This document shows positions 47,201-59,208 of a stretch of 64,000 nucleotides of DNA, one piece after another. This DNA is from Eukaryota sp. TZLM1-RC (lineage: Eukaryota; Protista; Metamonada: BaSk clade), in the NCBI GenBank assembly GCA_040285825.1, contig JAUPSS010000003.1, positions 3,038,001-3,102,000 of the forward strand, read 5' to 3'. Position numbers and translations under genes: made by a program. How positions within the stretch are numbered: the stretch's first letter is position 1; every line of letters begins with the position of its first letter. The notes under the pieces were generated by a model. It was not told where the DNA came from and ran no database searches. It saw only the letters and a program-made list of their open reading frames with translations.

Positions 47201-48177
47201 CAAATTTTTGATTTTACAATTTTTCTATTTCCAAATTTTTTCTTAAAACAATTTTTGTTTTTTCTAGCAAAATATTTCCAGAAGGATGAAATATTCCACT
47301 TATTATTTTTCAATTCAGAAGTAAAATTTCTCATTTCCATTGAGAAGGGGATTGTGCTGGCGGGACTTATTTCTACTGGGATCCGGATCGGGGGTCTTAC
47401 GGTATCAACGGCTTTACAATTCGTACAAAACAGAAGTTTTCGACCATTTCGTGAATCTGCAACATCTTTTTTGCAAAATGGACAACAAAAATTACTGTTT
47501 TCAGAAGGGGAAGAAGAGGGAACACTAAGAAATAAGTTGTAAGTTGTAAGAAATTTCTTCAATATCGGTCAGTTCTTCATAATGCCGTTCGTGATGTGAC
47601 ATATGAGATGTTTAAGTGTTACAATTTTAGTTGCAAAGTAGAACCGTTATTGAAGCATTATAGCGATAATAATCTGTTTAATTCACGTCGAGGTGATTTA
47701 ATTGCTCCTTTTGTGGATTCCTCTCAAGTTGATTGTTGATTTTACTACAGTTGATCCCTTTGCTTTTATTTATCGTGATGATGTTTTATTTAATTCTAAT
47801 GGTCATTTAAACAAGCCTGAGGATCGTAAAAGAGATAAATATACTGAGATATTAAATGATTTAAATAGGAACCGTTTCTCGAAGTTTTCGTTTGTTCCTT
47901 TTGCCTTCTCGATTTTGGGCAACATTGGACAGTTTGCTTTGAATTGTCTCAATGATTTTGATAATTTATGTCGTTCAAGTGGTAAGAATTTTGCAGGGAA
48001 TTCATGGAAGAATCGTATCATTTTTGCTTTGTACAGAAGTGTTCCCAAGTACTTGAGTTTAATGATGTCCAAGCTGTATAAGGATTCATCAAGAGTTGGC
48101 GTGGAGAATTAAATTTCTTATGTGTTTTACTTTGTTTTGTTTTGTTTCTTCGTAGAATACAATACTTTAATTAGAAA
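44253..48177 (+). mobile_element. 5'-truncated family D RLE non-LTR element (44253-44602 and 47537-48177) with nested family A
   Basis: MRLRLGL..C..HIVSCKKF|FQYRSVLHNAVRD..EP..RRGD; 13-bp TSD ATCTTTAAATTAA at 44240-44252 and 48178-48190. Confidence 0.85.
44603..47536 (-). mobile_element. Longest family A copy (Zn finger, RT, RLE) with a 3' transduction
   Basis: CPFC..CTNC, KAAGPSG, RLIAL, RT and RLE motifs; 20-bp TSD TTGTAAGTTGTAAGAAATTT at 44583-44602 and 47537-47556. Confidence 0.92.
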
Positions 48178-48213
48178 ATCTTTAAATTAAAGACTTTAAT
48201 TATCTGCTGCGGA

Positions 48214-48828
48214 CAAGGTTCGGAATTTTTCCCACATAGTGGCACCGCGTGGTCCACATAGTGGTAAAATCGAACCACATGGTGGTGTATTTTTGAGCCT
48301 ATAAAATGATGTTACTTTCTGACATGTCAAATCATTATGAATAAAACATGTTTATTTCCATTAACAAATACTAAACCCATAACTCAACTATCGAACGAAA
48401 AAAGCAATTGAGATCGATCATATCATTCCTCCTCAATGTCCTCCGAAACATAAAGATTTCTGAAATAACAAGGATCGGTAGGATTTCCTCATCCAGTGAA
48501 TAATCTGCTTCTTGATCCTGCTCGTTGACTGCCGCTGAACTTCCTCCATCTCTTCCATCATTTTTACTATTTCAGCATTCATCCATTTGAATAAAAGTCA
48601 CATATGGCATGTAGGCGTCCTCTCGAATATTCCACTTCATCACAAGCATTAGTAGGGGAAATGTATTCAAATACAGGGTGTTTGCTACCAGGCCATGGTA
48701 TTTGAAACAAAGAAAGGAGAAAAGAATAATGAAATGAAATTGACCACCAAGAAAATCACCATGGTGGCAACAACCACTACGTGGCACCATGTGGTAAATT
48801 TGAACCATGTGGAGGTGTCCAATCACTG
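48214..48828. mobile_element. Non-autonomous hAT-like DNA transposon
   Basis: 8-bp TSD GCTGCGGA (48206-48213, 48829-48836), imperfect CA-starting TIRs (CAAGGTTCGGA / TCCAATCACTG), clustered subterminal CCAC..GTGG / CCATGTGG motifs at both ends. Confidence 0.7.
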
Positions 48829-48881
48829 GCTGCGGACTCTTAATACTTTGACCCAATTTTTTATGCGAACCTATACAAAAC

Positions 48882-49610
48882 CTATACAGATTCAGACAAC
48901 TCATCTACAAATTGTTCTGGGTCATCCACACATTCGTAGCCATATTCGTGAGCTCTTTTCTTTGCGTTCTCGTCCACAATTGGAGCAATAAGATAAACGC
49001 GCACTTCAGATAATCCTTTCTTTTCTTTAACGAACTCGACCTTCCTTGCTAATTTATCTACATCTTCACTCCTTACATGACCTTTGATTTCCACAATAAA
49101 TGACACACCATTCAGTGCAACAATGTCCAATTCCACTGGCACTGGTCGGCCATCTTTGTCAAGCCTTTGTGGGTCCTGGTCTTCAAACCACTGAACTGTG
49201 TAATCTGGAGCTGATATGCTCAGTAAAGTTTTCAGTGCATTTCTCCAGGTTCTTTCGTTTTTCAGACCCCAGCGAGCCCCAAGTGTTCCCAGCTGAATAT
49301 CCATATGAGCCTTGTCCTGGTTTCTTTCCCTTTGTCGTTGTTCATGGTCTTCTTGACGTTCCCTTTGTCGTTGTTCATGGTCTTCTTGACGTTCCCTTTG
49401 TCGTTGTTCATGGTCTTCTTGACGTTCCCTTTGTCGTTGTTCATGGTCTTCTTGACGTTCCCTTTGTCGTTGTTCATGGTCTTCTTTGCGCCATTGTCGC
49501 ATTGTTTCAATGAGCTTATCAATTGCTGTTTCACTAACAGCTTCAGATCTAATCAACTGTTTGAGTCTTTCAACAAATTCTCTGTTCTGGAAGAGGCGGT
49601 CGACATCCAT
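48882..49610 (-). CDS. DUF3782-like coiled-coil PD-(D/E)XK nuclease-fold protein (prokaryote-type)
   Basis: Coiled coil, then LGARWG..E..WR, VELDIV, IVEIK, DVDKLARK..LIAPIVD..AKK. Confidence 0.75.
   Translation of the reverse strand: MDVDRLFQNREFVERLKQLIRSEAVSETAIDKLIETMRQWRKEDHEQRQRERQEDHEQRQRERQEDHEQRQRERQEDHEQRQRERQEDHEQRQRERNQDKAHMDIQLGTLGARWGLKNERTWRNALKTLLSISAPDYTVQWFEDQDPQRLDKDGRPVPVELDIVALNGVSFIVEIKGHVRSEDVDKLARKVEFVKEKKGLSEVRVYLIAPIVDENAKKRAHEYGYECVDDPEQFVDELSESV
49326..49486 (-). repeat. Perfect 33-bp coding tandem repeat, about 4.9 copies (RQEDHEQRQRE)
   Basis: Unit TTCCCTTTGTCGTTGTTCATGGTCTTCTTGACG. Confidence 0.95.
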
Positions 49611-49994
49611 TTCGCATTCTGCTGGTGTAGTAGAGATTCTGGTTAAATGAATAAAGAAATCCTTGTCTGTTCATGTAGATGTCTTTTTATTGTTTACAGC
49701 TCGGGTTAGCAACTCCTCAGTCTTCACTTTGATCAAGGACTTGATGGAGAACAACTTTTTCATTATATATGGAAGCAGAAAGTCAATAGATTGAACTAGA
49801 TAGTGATGATTTGTGTAAGATTTTGGAATGTTGGAATTACTCACCATATCACCTTTGAGGTGATAAAACAACCAATATTGCTGGTTTTCATGGATCGACT
49901 AAATCGGCAAATATGATGTGTCACCCCAAAGACAAGACTGTCCGTAAACGATCGACATGGCTGAGACTTTAAAAGTAATGGGATAAAGAATAAA

Positions 49995-50040
49995 TGTTGG
50001 CGCCCTGAGGCTTATATGTTATGATTAGAAAATAAATCAA
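49995..50040 (+). mobile_element. LTR fragment or solo LTR start of the Gypsy-1 family
   Basis: TGTTGGCGCCCTGAGGCTTATATGTTATGATTAGAAAATAAATCA matches the reverse complement of 29332-29376 with few mismatches; far end not resolved. Confidence 0.65.
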
Positions 50041-50289
50041 CTTTTCCTCATTCGCTTTATGTTAACCCCACTTTTCCATCCTACGGCATCAGAAGTAAAA
50101 AGAATAAATAAGGTTATTAAGGTAACATTGTAATCAATCAGTTACTATTGTAGGTATCTCACTAGACAGAACCTTTATATAATATTTAAGTTTAAATAAT
50201 ATTATCTTTATCCTAACCACATTTACTCAATTCATATACTAACATCCAGCTAGCAAATACGATTTTCAGCAACACTTAACAAAATGAAC

Positions 50290-53200
50290 AGAGAACTGAA
50301 GGGACGAAATTCATTGAACCAAGCTTTCCTTTACAAAAACTTGTTCTGCTTGCTTCCTTGCTATAGCTTGACTTGAAAAATTGAACAATAATGGTATAAT
50401 CCATTAATCAAGGCAAATTGGATTCGAGACCAGCAAAGGCAAATATCAACCTTTTTCATTGTCTTCTCTTCAATTATTTTTCTGACAGTACTTCAAAAAA
50501 GATTCAGCTTCTAACGCTAGTCTTTATTCTCTAATGAAAAGCAATAATTCAATTTTTCCGTTTTTTTGATGGTCTAGGCTGTTGGTTATTGTCAGACATA
50601 CAATGTAGAGTAACAGAAGTGTAATTTATTACGAAGAGGAATTGTATTCTCTCTTCTTAAGCTAACAGGCGGAATACTAATAACTAAACTATTAACTATA
50701 AATACTATTCAAGACTAACACTGCCTTTTCCTCTCTTTCGAGCGACGAGCCCTGGAAGCTCTAGTCACAGGAGGTGAACTAATGGAAATATGACGCTTCT
50801 TGGGAGGAGCGGATTTAGTACGGCGACGTGCTTTTGAAGTCTTGATAAAGTCTTTATACGCGGCAGTATTTTGGACTGTAGACACATGTTCAGTGGTGAT
50901 CTCTTTTCCAGGCCATTGCACTTGGCAAAAGTCACCGTCCTGACTGAGCACCTTTTCAATGATGTGTTCTTCGACATCACCTGCAGCGACCCAGGAGTGG
51001 AACTCATCGTTGGTGGGCAAGCTGGAGTGCCAGGGTGCTAAATGTTTGACGCTAGCTTGGACAATCGTACCTGTGCAGAGGTTCTTGATATTCACAGACG
51101 AATTGGATACGATTTCAGTAATTAGGAAGGGTCCTAAATAGTCTCCATGAAGCTTAGCGGAAGAGCCAGATGCTCTCAATACCAATTGACCAACTTCAAA
51201 AGGGTTTGGAGTTGACGATCTAGTTAGCTTGGAAGCTTTGGAAGCTTGATGGTGTGCTGCCTTTTCCTGTTTCTCTTTCAATCTTCGAAATTTAGATTGA
51301 ATTTCTTGAATAAAAGATGACTCAGACGTCGAGCTTTCAATGATTTCAAGAATTTTGCCAGGGTCTGATCTGGGGGACACATCTGAGCCAAAGATCACTT
51401 GGTATGGGGTGTGGTTGGTTATTGAGCTCTTGGAAGAGTTGATCAATAATTGCACATAAGGCAAGTATTCAGACCACACATCGTAGGCATTGAAGTCTAC
51501 GAGCAATTTCCGTAGGTTTTGCAGGATGTCTCTGTGTCGGCGCTCTACCAAGCCGTTGGACGGAGAAAACCTAGGTATTGACTTTGACACCTCTATGCCC
51601 AAAAATTTGCTTAATTCGTCAAAGACAGCCTTGGAAAATTCGGGTCCATTATCGCTGTGGATTTGAAATGGAATACCAAAGATGGCACAGACTTTCCAAA
51701 TTAATGCATCTGCAGTAAGATTGGCATTTATCTCTTTTAAAGGCACGATGATCGTGAACCTAGAGAAGCTGTCAATAAATACGAGGATGTATTTGTAGCC
51801 TTCTTGATCTTCTGGAAGAGGACCAATGACGTCGGCGTTGACACGAGCAAAAGGTCTGTCAGCCCACAATGAACCGGTTGGGGGAACATGCAGTTTGGGA
51901 ACTGGCTTTGTTTTCTGACAGGAGGGGCATTCTTGGACGTGCTTATTCATGTCGGTGAGCATGTTTGGCCACCAATAGTCGCTGTTCCTGAGCTTGTTCA
52001 GGCTTTCAGCTTTGCTTGGATGACCTCCTTGCAGAAGTCCATGCAACAAGTTAAGGGTGTCCTTAATGAGTGATTTGGGGATCACTATCTTGTTGTCGTG
52101 AGTCATATATAAATCAATATGATCGTTATGAACACAGTTGTTGAAAGAGGGGTCTTTGGAAGCTATGGCAAGCTTCTGTTCGGACCTAATCCTACAGAGC
52201 CATGGCTCGAAAATAGGCAGGTCGTTGGAACATCGTTCTCTGATGACCATGATACGTTCGAAGTTGTTTAAGTCTTCGATGTAGTATCTTTCATTTTCTG
52301 TTCCATCAATTTTATCAATGTAAAATATTGGATGAAAATTAGGAGGCATTTGATGGGACAAATGATTGATCTCTTGATGGTCTATAGGCGGAACTATTCG
52401 AGACAACATATCAGCCCAGAAGTTATCTTCCCCTTTGGTATGTACCAAATCAAAGCAGAATTCAGAGAATATGAGTAACCATCTTGTTACAATTCTGTTC
52501 TTCTCAGGAGCCGTGAACATGTAGGTAGGGTTTTGATGGTCTGTGAATATAACCAGTTTCCTTCCTTTCAAGTAGTTTTCAAAACCACTTTGAGTTAACA
52601 TGAGTAGGATAGCATAGAGTTCCTTTTGGTTTGTCGGCCAGTTCTTTTGCGAGTTGGTTAACAACCGGCTGAAGAAGCTGATAGGCCTACATTTCCTGTT
52701 GATCAGGGGGGTACCGGGGTCGTCGACTTGTTCGACTTGTTCCCAAATCACGCCGCCTACAGCAATGTCGGATGCGTCGCAACTAATTAAAATTTGGTTT
52801 TCCAGCGGAGGTAAGCTGAGCGGCATGTGCTTTGCTATCAGTTGTTTGATCTTTTGAAGGAGTCCGTCGTGCATGTCGGTCCATTGAAGGCGTTGCGCGC
52901 GGGGTTTGGGTTTAACTTTGGAGTTATTTCCATCCTTCTTAGTCAATCTGATGATAGGAGCGATGAGCTCAGATACCTGAGGAAGCCATTCTCTAATGAA
53001 GTTGACTGATCCTACGAGGCTGCGGACGTCTTTGATTGTCTTTGGTCTAGGTAGATTCAGCAAAGATTCAACGCGAGTGGGATCGATAGTCCGCTGTTTG
53101 TTTTGGAAAACACTGCCCAGTATCTTGATTGGGTGTCTGGAAGACACGAAATGGCACTTTGAAGGTCCCAAGGAAACTCTTTTGCATCTGGCTTGATCAA

Positions 53201-56200
53201 GGACGCGACGGAGGCGTTCAATGAATTCATCAAAGGTTGAACCTATGATTATGATGTCATCTATGTAAATGAAGACACCGTCTCCCGAGAAGATGTCAGC
53301 CATGACGTTTTGGAAAACGGCTGGGACATTCTTTAGGCCAAAAGCTGCACGTTTGAACATGATGCTTTTGCCAGGAATGCTCAGGGCTGTTTTCTGCCAA
53401 TCCTTTTCGGCGATCTTGAGTTGCCAAAAGGCTTTGGGGAGGTCAAGGGTGCCTATGTAGTTCGCTTGGGAGAGAAATACCAGCACATCGGAGATCCTTG
53501 GAAGGTTGGGCTCAACAGGAATGGTGTTGGCGTTGACTCCGTCCTTGCCACTATAGTCACCAGTAAGGCGGGGCTAACGGTGATCTGGGTAGACCACTAG
53601 ACAGACAGGGGAGCTGAACTCATGGTTCGATGGGACAGCAAATCCTGAGTCTACGAGTTCGTCGAAAATTTGGTTAGCGACCTCTAGCCTGGCTGGATTC
53701 AGGGTCCTGGGGGGTCTTCTAACTCTGACGTCTTCATTGTAGAAGTTGATTTCCATGGGAGGGCAATCAATACCTTCAGCATGAGGCTTGAGGGTAAATA
53801 CGTCTTCGAACTCCTTCAAAGTTTGAAGTAGGGACTTCTTGAAATGGTCGTTGTCGAGGTTGATGGTACAACCAGATGAGTTGATGTGTTCCAACCAACG
53901 TGTGGAAACGTTGACGACTTCCGAAGCTTGTGATATTCGATGATCGAATTCAGCTTCAGGTAATAGTAATGTGCGACAGGCGTCGTCCATTCTAATATAA
54001 ATGCCCTTGTTGTTCATCAGCCCAAGGTGACTCAACAAGTCAGCACCAATGAGAATGGTCTCATGTCCAGGAACGATGCTGAACTTGTGTTTCACGTGTA
54101 CAATCTGGGTGACACTACCTAGTCTAATGCTAAGGGTTCCAGAAGCAGTACCAAGGGACTGTGAGGTAGTTCCATCAGCAATCTTGTATGAAATGGTTTC
54201 GTTGGAACGTGCCATGTTACAATTACTGATGACGTCTTCCGTGACTACTGAGCATGTTGCACCAGAGTCAATTATGCCTTTAACTTCGACATTGTTGATC
54301 AAGAAGTTTAATTGTAGGCAGTTGTGATTCATGGATTGTACCATGAAAATAGTATCAGAGTCATGTCCATTTGAGTCGGCTTGTTCTGAGAAGAAGTGAG
54401 CCTGACTGTTCAGTGTCTTGGTAGGTTCCAAGTTGGCAAGTGGATTGATAAGAGAATCTTTCCATGCTGAACTTTCTGTGTGTGGTTGTGTTGTTGTTGT
54501 AGGGGGTATGGTTTCTAAAGTACATAAATAGTGACGGGAACGTTTATTGTAAGAAGAGCCTCTGCCTCTGCCGCGAGTACCTCTTCGACTACGGAAACCA
54601 GAACCTCTAGAACTTCTACCTCGAGCTTGTTGTTGAGCTTGTTGCTCTCTCCACTTCTTGCTCCTTTGGCAGTCTTCGCTGGGGCACCTTTCAGTCGGAT
54701 GGCCCTTTTGCTTACAGAAGTTGCATTGGACATCAGCGGCCTGGGAAGACGATTGTGGTAGGCTTCCTCCTCTCTTACTTTGTTTTGGGCGTTTACCTGG
54801 ACCAGAACCTCGTGGTCTGGGGATGTCAGGTGGGGAGGGGACGACCGTGGGAGGTCGGCGAGAGGCCTGCTGGTGAGTTAATTGGTTCTGATAGGTGAAA
54901 TCGACATGGTTCAGTTGTTCCATGAACGATCTGGCGTTACAGAAATTCTCGTGTTCAATTTGTAGAACACTAAAGAATTCGCCAAGGGTGTGCCCGTCGC
55001 ATGAGTAGTGGGAGGGAGAGGACCAGATCCTGAGGAGTCTGTCTCTGATGGGGATAATTCCTACACTTTCTAAGACGTGAGTAGCAACTACCCAGTCTGG
55101 AAGTCTATCAGCTGGAGGAGTGGAGCTTATGGAGAATGTTCTCAATTGTTGAGAGATGCCCCTAAATTCTTGGATGGCGGTGGAGCGAGTCAGAACTCTG
55201 CCTATGTTGACCATGAAGTCAATCCATCTATTGCCATAATCTCTTTCCGACCAGTCCATGTTGGTTGCGAGGAGAGCTCGATTAGCCTCATCCAGTCTGC
55301 TGAATTGGGTTCTTCTTAGAATTTGAGCCCAAATGATGCGTTCATCTCTTGAGGTAGGGACCGTGGGAGAAGAGATAGCTAGGTGAGCACCTTGGTATCG
55401 TAGCGCATTTAACACCTCGGGGGTGACACATTCAGCGAGGCCTCGGGGGTTGATCCTCATGGCTTGGCGGAACAAGTCCCATTCGTGAACTGGTTCTCCA
55501 GTGATGTTACCAAAATACTCATCGATCGGTGGTTGGGAACCTTCTCTAGCTAGTTCTAATTCTTCACGTAGTCTGGCTACTTCGTTAGCAAGAGCTATCT
55601 GGGCTGGATCCTCAACGTTACCTCTCGTTTCTCTTAGGACTCGGTCGGTACGACTCCAGAGAATGAATTTGTTGACAAACTTCAGGAGTTTATCAGCGTC
55701 TCTCAAATCAGAAGCTTCAAGATATGGACGTTTAGGACGGTCCCTACGTCTGTCATCTCGATCTCTTGATCCAATCATTGAAGAGAGGAGAAGGCTACTT
55801 TCGTATGTGCCCGAGAAAGGTGAATGATGTGAGGAAATGGAGGATGTTGAACCTGTCGTGGAAGGTGTAGGTAGGGGTTGAGGGGCTCGACTAACGGGAG
55901 TGATGGGAGCAGGCACCACATCAGATGATGAGATGGGGGTGGGTGATTCACTGCTAACATTGACAACGTCGTCATCGGCTTGATCCATAGCAGATTGGTT
56001 GGGATTAGAGGTTTCCGTGGTGGGAAGTGAATCAGTTTCCATGGGAGGTTGTGGTGATTCAGGAGCTTGAGCGGAGGAAGATGGAGCTTCACTCTGTTGA
56101 GGTTCAGGGGAAGGTACTGTCTCTTCGATCTGGGCTGGAACCTGATAAGAAGAGATCGCTGGTTGAACCAAGCGTGTTTTCTCTATACGACCTTCTACCA

Positions 56201-58200
56201 TTACCCATTTTAACATCCTGGATTCTATGCATCCAGGGAAAACGGTGACGAGCTGGAGGGCTCTCTGAAGATTGACAGATCTTCTGTGGTCGGGACCACA
56301 ATATGACGCTATATGATCAGGACGTCTATCTTATAGAAAGAGTCTTTCGCCATATGTGGTTTCGGTAAACCACCACCCTGTTCTATAATCTCTGTCGATA
56401 AGGATATCAAGAGATGCGTTGTACCCAGGGCTGAACCTAGGGTATGGGCAAGGGTTGTAAACATTTAAGAAGAGGTTGTCTTCATCTCCAGCGAAGCGTC
56501 TGAATACTCCTTCTCGAGTAGTTCTCATGAACCTAACTCCGGGTCTTGGTTCATAAGTTGGTTCAGGGTCATTCCTGGAGGTTTCTGGGGTGATCCTTTC
56601 ATCGGAAAGAAATGGACCAATTCTGGGAGAGATCCATATTCCTAAGTCGTTCTCGACTTTGGGACCGTAGAAAGGAGGACGCTTGTTGCTCATCTCCGTG
56701 GGAGGGATGGCCTCTGGGTCCTCTGGAATGACTCGTGTGTCCCTATATCTAGCGTAAGGGTTGTGCTGGCGGGAAGCACCATGATGAACACTTGAGCTAG
56801 CGTAGGAGCTAGTTTGAGAAGGGGTGTGCTCGGCAAGTGTAGAGGATGTTCCTCTTCCAGCCTGTAACTCTCTTTCCAGTCTGTTCTTGAGTTTCCAGAT
56901 TCGATCTTCATGGAAGTAACGTTCTAAATATTTTTTAGAAACCTCACCAGTTTCTCTATCAATTTCAGGAACGTGTTCCGTGGGAGGAACCGGAGGTTGA
57001 GCTGTGTGAGAAAATTCCCTGGGAGGTTCCTCATAGTCAACCAGATCTGAAAATAATAGTTCATACCTCTTCCTTTGCTCTTCGGAAAGATGCGAAGGAA
57101 GGTTCGAAAGGCTAGGAATGGAATCACTAGCCTGGTGAGGGGAAACAGACAGATTATTAACTCCACTAACTGTTGAAGTTAGAGGAGATCCTGAAGTTGG
57201 AACAGCAGGATTTCGGATAGTTCTCCTAACAGTTGGAACTGGTGGAAGAAGCTGTTGAGAGTGAGAGGGTGAAACCTCAGAACTAGATGAAAGGGATGAA
57301 GATGGTACTTCAATGGCCTTCTTAGAGGGGGAAGAGGGTTGGTTTTCCAATCCTTCTTTTGCAGTGAGAGAAGGTTGAACAGTCTCTCTGCTCTGAGTAG
57401 AAGGTGAAGATGGTACTTCAGAACTTCTTCCAGGGAGGGGAGAAGGTGGGACTTCGGATGCCCCCAATTGCGAAGGGGGAAGAGGAGCAACGGAATCCTC
57501 AACATCTTCATCGTCGTAGGAGACTAATGAAGGACTTCTTCCTTCAGAAGGAATAGAATCCTTAGAAGGGTTGTCTCCTTCCGCAGGAACGGAATCCCGA
57601 GGAGAGGGACTTCCTTCCATTGGAACGGAATCCTCAGGAAGGGAACTATCTTCCCTTGGGGTAGAACCCTCGGGAAGAGTTGCTTCAGGAAGCGCAGAAG
57701 CTTCAACCGAAGAAGGTGGCACGGAAGCAGGGTCTGTGGTTAGTGGTGAGGAGGAGGGACCAGTCTCTTCCTCAAGGATCCTACGCTGAGCCGGGGACGA
57801 CCCAATACGTATTGATGGTCTAGGCTGTTGGTTATTGTCAGACATACAATGTAGAGTAACAGAAGTGTAATTTATTACGAAGAGGAATTGTATTCTCTCT
57901 TCTTAAGCTAACAGGCGGAATACTAATAACTAAACTATTAACTATAAATACTATTCAAGACTAACATTTTCAGCATTAACTTCTCTAAGATCATTATTTT
58001 TACATTCTCCATGTTTTTTCTTCTGATTTGAATAAGTTATATAATTAATAATAATAGGGCATTTTCCCTTCTTTGAACCAAAGTGTCGTTTGCAACATCA
58101 TAGGAAACAAATTCAACAACAGCTTCAGAACTATCAATCCAGTCTCAATCATCAGAACCAGACTTATTCAATGGCAGGGTTGTTTTCCAGCAAGGGTTCC
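50290..58200 (-). mobile_element. Degenerate family B non-LTR fragment (50290-50566 and 57967-58200) split by Gypsy-2
   Basis: EPLL..GSDD..DWIDSSEAV on the right and IAF..LALEAE..SRIQFAL..FVKESLVQ on the left. Confidence 0.6.
50567..57966 (-). mobile_element. Full-length Ty3/Gypsy chromovirus-like LTR retrotransposon (Gypsy-2)
   Basis: Identical 154-bp LTRs (50567-50720, 57813-57966; TG..CA), TTTT 4-bp TSD, PPT at 50721-50738. Coding motifs: CCHC knuckle, DSGA protease, YIDD RT, RNase H, HHCC/DDE integrase, GP(F) motif, chromodomain-like IIEKVL..QVQWPG. Confidence 0.97.
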
Positions 58201-59208
58201 TTCTCGTTTTTGATACTAAGCTTCATTAATGGCGCACGATGAATGAAAAAAAAAGATGACAATGTGTCTATTTTTTCAGGAAAAGTGATCAATTGTATTG
58301 AGAATGATTTAATACATTAGCAACTTTGTCGTTTAGTTTGTTTAAAATAGAACACATTTTTTCTCAGAAGGATTGATGAGCAGATGTATTGTAGCAACGA
58401 AGACCAAGAAACATCAACTGACAATCAAATGTATTTTTCATCCAAAAAAACCTACCATTTGTTGTCACATCATATTTGAAGTTTAAAAAAGTAAGTGTCT
58501 CACTCTTTTTGAGCATTCAACAAGACAGCTATCTAACACATCCTAAGAATATATTTGTCTGACAAAGACAATCTTGTGATTTGGAACCAGCTGATCTCAA
58601 AAGAGTTGACTGTTTGGGTAATAATATAGCTTTAGTTAACCGGAGTATAAAAATTCAATTTTTCCTATCAATTCCATCATAGAACAAAAAACGACATTCG
58701 CTGGAAAATGGCATATGAACATTTAAAATTTGAAATGTTATTGTTTTACAGATTTTCAAACTTTGGAATTAGTAATCTTTTCATCAATGAGATGTAACTT
58801 TTGCAACTATGGCTCATACTGAAACTTCAACAGGAAATGATTCAACCAAGAAATCAAAATTGGACATTAGAGTATGAAAATCGCGCACCCAAGAGATTTG
58901 ATGATGTAGATGTGTGAATTGAGGATATTGAGTTCTAGTTTTTTGTTTAGTTGTTTTGTTTGCGTTTCAAAATAAATAATTTTGAAATAAAAAAAATTTA
59001 GGTCAATTGTGTAGTTCGGGGATTTGATAACTTGGACAACTGCATAAAAGGTGACACAACGCAACAGGTCCAGGTTGAAATGAAGAACACATAGGAGGCA
59101 ATAGTTTAGATCCATGAGGCATTTTCCAACAATTTTCCATCGATAAAGGTTATCAGCAGTAGGAAATACATTCAATGAAGAAATTAATTTCCAGTTTTTT
59201 ATTTATTT

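Noticed and set aside
49326-49486. 33-bp repeats as a CRISPR array
   Set aside because: The units abut with no spacers and are in-frame coding repeats of the DUF3782-like ORF.
56331-57845. Separate extra ORF or env gene in Gypsy-2
   Set aside because: It is in frame with gag across a single TAA, the Gypsy-1 equivalent is continuous with gag, and there is no TM or signal peptide.
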